A stretch of DNA of 64,000 nucleotides from Octopus vulgaris (Eukaryota), in assembly GCA_951406725.2 (NCBI GenBank), contig OX597820.1, positions 58,900,001-58,964,000 of the forward strand, written 5' to 3'. Each line of letters starts with the position of its first letter. The stretch's first letter is position 1. The translations under genes were made by a program, and so were the position numbers. Positions 59,142 through 64,000 of this stretch are shown piece after piece. A model generated the notes under the pieces. It was not told where the DNA came from and ran no database searches. It worked only from the letters and a program-made list of their open reading frames with translations.

Positions 59142-62100
59142 TCTCTATATATATAAACGGCAGTTTGTCTGTGCGTGCTTCTGTGTGTCTGTTTTCTCGT
59201 ACCCTCACCCTGACCACGGCTTTCAACCGATTCTGATGAAACTTGACACACACATAGCCTAATGTCATAATTCAAAACTAACGCAGCGAAAATTTTGAAA
59301 AGTTCCCCCAGTTCTGAAAAAATTGATAAATTCGACATGGGGTCGACAATCATAAACACGAACCACAGACTGTCTAGGGGACGCAACTCGAGAATCTAAG
59401 CTTTTTTTATGCAACGCATTATCTATGGTAGTTTTCACAACTTGCAATCGATTTTCACCAAACTCATGGTGAAGCTTAATGTTACCCTAAGAAACTCAAT
59501 TCTGACGTTAGTTTTCCATGCAATACCTTACCATCAGAAACAATCGATAAAATCATGCCATTTTGGGAAATCGCGTTCAAATTCAACATGACATATTTTC
59601 GACAATATCTTTCATAAATTGGCAGGAATCTTTTTTTTTTCACAACGAGCATCATGTCTGCTCCAAGGAGCTATATAGCCCTTTTTATTCCAATAGGATA
59701 CATTATTGGAAAAAATCGGTTAATTTAATCATATGTGGCACACATAGCAAACAAATTTGTGTATTAAACACAAACCAGACTGTCTAGGGGACGCAACTTG
59801 ACCTTTTTAGCTATCGATAATTCGATCCAACCAATTCCTACCAGGAAGAAATTACGTTCGAGACTTTACCCCCAACACCGCCACTTCTGCTAATAGCTGC
59901 TGCAGCCGCAAGTTATTCGAATACTTTTTTGTTTAAACTTTCTTTATAACTACCACCCCAAACGTTTTACCTTCAATTTTTGACGTACCCTAACGGTCCT
60001 CGGACGCTACTTGCAAACTCTTGGTTTATTATAAACCACTTTTGTCGTGTGCATCAAAAAACTTTTCCTTTCGTTTGTTCAGTTTGATCACTTTTGACTT
60101 TTTTGTTGTTGTCACTCACATTGCTGCCAGCTTTTTGGCCATTTTTGTACATTTTTATACATTTTCGGATACTTACCCCACGTGTTCCTTTTTATTACAC
60201 CTTTACCAAACACATTGCTATCCACCAAAATACTTACCCCACGTGTTCCTTTTTATTACACCTTTGCCAAACACATTGCTATCCACCAAAATGCCACCCA
60301 AGAAGAGAAGGACCCTCCTCAGCCCTCGGACTGCCAAGGCATCGGCTGCTAGAGCTAGAAGGGCACGCGAGACCCACGAGGAAACCGCCTTGCGCCTCTC
60401 GCAAACAGCTTCCCGTTATGTCGCTGCTCAGGCATCTGAAACTATTAGCGACCGTTCTACCCGACTTGCAAGGGTCGCAGCGTACAGATCTTCCCTCCGC
60501 TCGAGGTTGACGAAAGAGCAACAGTCCAGCCAAAATATGCGGGCTTCTTACTGTGCTTCCATCCGCAGAGCTCGCGAGAACCCCGAACAAAGGGCCATTC
60601 GGAATGTGGCTAACGCCACTAGCACCGCCAGGACACGATCTGTCGAAACCTCACAGCAGAGGAGAACTCGCCAAGATGCTGACGCCGCAAACAATGCCAT
60701 GGCCAAAGCTGCCGAAACACCTCAACAGAGGAGAGCTCGCCAAGCTGCTAACGCCGCAAACACAGCCAGGGCTCGATCTGCTGAAACTCCACACCAACGG
60801 ACTATTCGGACATCCAGACATGCCATTAACACTGCTTCTGCTAGGGCTTCAGAGGGTGCTGAGGCGAGAGCTGAAAGGCTTTCAAGGGATGCCACTGCTA
60901 CCGCTGTCGCACGTGCATCTGAATCTGCTGAGGCACGGTGCACTCGACTTGAGAGTATCAACAAACGTCGGGATATCATTCGTGGTGTACGTACCCCTGC
61001 CCCCGCTTTCTGGTTGTCACTAGCATTCAACTACGACGCCACAATTAACTTCTCCTTGCGTGACGATATCAAGATAGGGTCAATGACAATTGTATGCCAG
61101 TTTTGCAAAGCCAAGAAATGGCCCGGAGAGCCACCTGGTTTGTGCTGCTCTGGTGGCAAAGTGGACCTGCCACCCCTACGGGAACCACCTCAACCACTGA
61201 ATGATCTCGCGGCGGGTTTAACCCCCGATTCGTCACAATTCCTTGAAATAATTCGAAAGTACAACTGCTCATTCCAAATGACCTCTTTCGGGGCCAAAAT
61301 TCCTCCCAGAGAAGGCTGGATGCCTACTTTCAAAGTGCAGGGACAGGTCTACCATCTTATTGGGTCACTTCTGCCAGACGAGATTCAGCAGTCTTCTTTC
61401 CTCCAAATATACTTCATTGCCGACTACAACCACCAGGTTGATGCACGCCTTGGAATAATACCGGGTACAAGCTATGTTCCCCGCAAAGACATTCTTCTCC
61501 GTCTCCAAACCATGCTTCATGATATCAACAGCTATGTCTGCAGCTTCAGATATGCCTTGGACAGTGCTCCATCTCCAAACTTCACCGTTGTCATTGATGC
61601 TGATAAACGACCCCACGGGGAGCACGAACGCCGTTTCAACGCACCTGCGTGCAACGAAATTGCCGCAGTCATACACGGAGAGCAACACAACAGCCGTGAC
61701 ATAATCATCTCCTCCCGTGGTAACAACCTACACAGGATCAGCGAGACTCACAGATCTTATGACGCGCTTCAGTATCCATTGCTTTTCCCTTATGGGGAAG
61801 ACGGCTACCATTTCGGAATTCCTTTACGGCAGCCCTCCAATCAAACTACTGCGGCATCAAAGACGGTTTCCTGCAGGGCGTTCTACTCATACCGGTTCAT
61901 GGTCAGGGAGGGTGAGTTCAACTTATTGCCCCGTTGTCGTCAGCTATTCAACCAGTTCGCCGTCGACATGGCCGCAAAAATGGAATCGGAAAGGCTGCTA
62001 TACATTAAACTTAATCAGACCAAACTTCGCTCCGACTCCTACATTCATCTCCGTGACGGTTTGCAACAAGAAAATGACCCTCGCAACATCGGCAAGCCAT

Positions 62101-64000
62101 GCATTCTACCCTCCACCTTCACGGGAGGACCGCGATATATGCGTGAAAGGACCCAAGACGCCTTGACCTACGTGCGCATTTACGGCCGGCCGGACCTCTT
62201 TATCACCTACACGTGCAATCCCAGCTGCGACGAAATCACTCGCGAACTCCTCCCGGGTCAATCTCACACCCATCGACACGACATCGTTGCTAGGGTTTTC
62301 CGTCTGAATTTGGGCAAAATGAAGGATTTGATAGTTAAGGGTCAGATTTTAGGGCATGTCAGGTGCCACATGTTTTCGGTCGAGTGGCAAAAGAGGGGCT
62401 TGCCACATGCTCACATCTTAATTTGGCTCACTCATAAAATCGAGACTAATGACATTGACAAATTCATTTCCACCGAGATTCCTGACCCCGATGAGGACCC
62501 CGGACTCTACGAAATTGTCCGCACTACCATGGTACACGGGCCCTGTGGACCAAATTACGCCAACACACCATGCTACAAAAACGGATTAGCCTGCTCAAAG
62601 GGATTCCCTAAACGGTTCACTTTGGAGACTCAAACAGGCGGCGATGGGTATCCGCTGTACAAACGAAGGAGTCCAGCCAATGGAGGCCGCACGATTACGG
62701 TTGGGCGACATCAAGTGGACAACAGCTACATTGTCCTCTACTGTCCTCTCCTGTCGAAGATATTCAAAGCCCACGTCAACGTTGAGTTCTGCAGCTCCAT
62801 CAGGTCAATACAATATGTCTGCAAATATATCAACAAAGGCAGCGATGCTGCCATGTTCAGCATCCAGAGGACCACCAGTCGCGACGAAGTGTCCAACTAC
62901 TTGGCTGGCCGGTACCTCAGCAGCAACGAAGCGTTTTGGCGCATTTACGGCTTCCCGCTCCATCAGAGACACCCGGCTGTGGTGCAGCTTGCTGTACACT
63001 TGGAAAATGGACAGCGGATTTACTTCACAGAGCAAAGTGCTGTGCAGATAGCCACCAGCCCTAAAGACACAACGTTGACTGGTTTCTTCAAATTATGCCA
63101 ACGTGATGACTTCGCTCGAACGCTTTTGTACCCACAGGTCCCATCGTACTTCGTGTGGTCTAAAAACACCTGGGTTCGACGGAAATCCGGCAAAAACGTC
63201 GAAAGCTTCCCAGACGTCAAGTTTGACTCCTGCCTGGGTCGAGTTTACAACATCCCGCCAAACAAGCAAGAATGCTTCTACCTCCGTCTCCTTCTACATG
63301 AGGTCACTGGTCCAACAGGTTTCGCCAATATACGTACCGTCAATGGGGTTCTGTGAGACACCTTCAGGGAAGCATGTATGAGACTTGGCCTTCTAGAGGA
63401 TGACTCCCAGTGGGACGCCACGATGGCAGAGGGTGCTTTACTGCAAATGCATTCGGCCCTACGACATCTTTTCGCAATCCTTCTTCAAAAATGTCAGCTT
63501 AGTGATCCACTAAGTCTCTGGATGAAATACAGGGATGACATGTCGCACGACTTCTTACGTACGGCTCAGCAACACTGCCCTTCTGCCGAGATCACGTTCA
63601 CCAACTTCATTTACAATTTTGCGCTCATTCAACTCGAAGACGCTGTCATCGATATGGGTGGGTCTGCTTTAACAGAGTACGGCCTTCCACCACCCACACG
63701 TGAACACGCCAATGTTATGTCTGCTGAATTGTTACGCGAAACTTCCTACTGCATTGAGGAACTGCACCAGTACGTCCAAGATAATGAACCACGGCTGCTT
63801 CCAGACCAGCGCATAGCCTACAACACCATCGTAGACTCTGTCAGACAGCAACGTGGGGGGATTTTCTTCCTTGATGCACCCGGCGGCACTGGCAAAACCT
63901 TCGTCACTAAACTAATTCTGGCAGAGGTCAGACGCAACACGGACATTGCCCTGGCTGTAGCTTCCTCTGGTATCGCGGCCACGTTGCTTCCGGGTGGCAG
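59142..64000 (+). mobile_element. Second copy of the Helitron, runs off the window
   Basis: Same 5' TC terminus and RepHel sequence as 21183-26042. Confidence 0.92.
60291..63356 (+). CDS. Helitron RepHel N-terminal/Rep part, copy 2
   Basis: Same as 22333-25398 except one N/D change (SRNEV vs SRDEV); same in-frame TGA; helicase frame continues to the window end. Confidence 0.88.
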   Translation: MPPKKRRTLLSPRTAKASAARARRARETHEETALRLSQTASRYVAAQASETISDRSTRLARVAAYRSSLRSRLTKEQQSSQNMRASYCASIRRARENPEQRAIRNVANATSTARTRSVETSQQRRTRQDADAANNAMAKAAETPQQRRARQAANAANTARARSAETPHQRTIRTSRHAINTASARASEGAEARAERLSRDATATAVARASESAEARCTRLESINKRRDIIRGVRTPAPAFWLSLAFNYDATINFSLRDDIKIGSMTIVCQFCKAKKWPGEPPGLCCSGGKVDLPPLREPPQPLNDLAAGLTPDSSQFLEIIRKYNCSFQMTSFGAKIPPREGWMPTFKVQGQVYHLIGSLLPDEIQQSSFLQIYFIADYNHQVDARLGIIPGTSYVPRKDILLRLQTMLHDINSYVCSFRYALDSAPSPNFTVVIDADKRPHGEHERRFNAPACNEIAAVIHGEQHNSRDIIISSRGNNLHRISETHRSYDALQYPLLFPYGEDGYHFGIPLRQPSNQTTAASKTVSCRAFYSYRFMVREGEFNLLPRCRQLFNQFAVDMAAKMESERLLYIKLNQTKLRSDSYIHLRDGLQQENDPRNIGKPCILPSTFTGGPRYMRERTQDALTYVRIYGRPDLFITYTCNPSCDEITRELLPGQSHTHRHDIVARVFRLNLGKMKDLIVKGQILGHVRCHMFSVEWQKRGLPHAHILIWLTHKIETNDIDKFISTEIPDPDEDPGLYEIVRTTMVHGPCGPNYANTPCYKNGLACSKGFPKRFTLETQTGGDGYPLYKRRSPANGGRTITVGRHQVDNSYIVLYCPLLSKIFKAHVNVEFCSSIRSIQYVCKYINKGSDAAMFSIQRTTSRDEVSNYLAGRYLSSNEAFWRIYGFPLHQRHPAVVQLAVHLENGQRIYFTEQSAVQIATSPKDTTLTGFFKLCQRDDFARTLLYPQVPSYFVWSKNTWVRRKSGKNVESFPDVKFDSCLGRVYNIPPNKQECFYLRLLLHEVTGPTGFANIRTVNGVL

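Overview
Eukaryotic, AT-rich and microsatellite-laden DNA with no host gene that I can support. The repeat style suggests an octopus/cephalopod genome (inference). It is almost entirely transposon-derived: several CR1/L2-type LINEs, tRNA-derived SINEs, a mariner relic, MITEs, non-autonomous Helitrons and a near-intact 6.1 kb Helitron (RepHel interrupted by one in-frame TGA). A 5'-truncated Penelope-like element (RT + GIY-YIG) sits at the centre of a giant inverted repeat (left arm ~7065-12974; right arm ~14131-27568, interrupted by the Helitron). Four different families of type I hammerhead-ribozyme-like motifs occur in Penelope-type termini and palindromic mini-elements. Two have the canonical C3-G8 core, one has G3-C8 and one U3-A8, and all have palindromic or near-palindromic stem III. 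After a 100-N gap (40306-40405) the sequence repeats earlier parts of the window (40406-44660 is the reverse complement of ~8726-12827; 44660-64000 matches ~6844-26042) with extra indels, probably a false or haplotypic assembly duplication.
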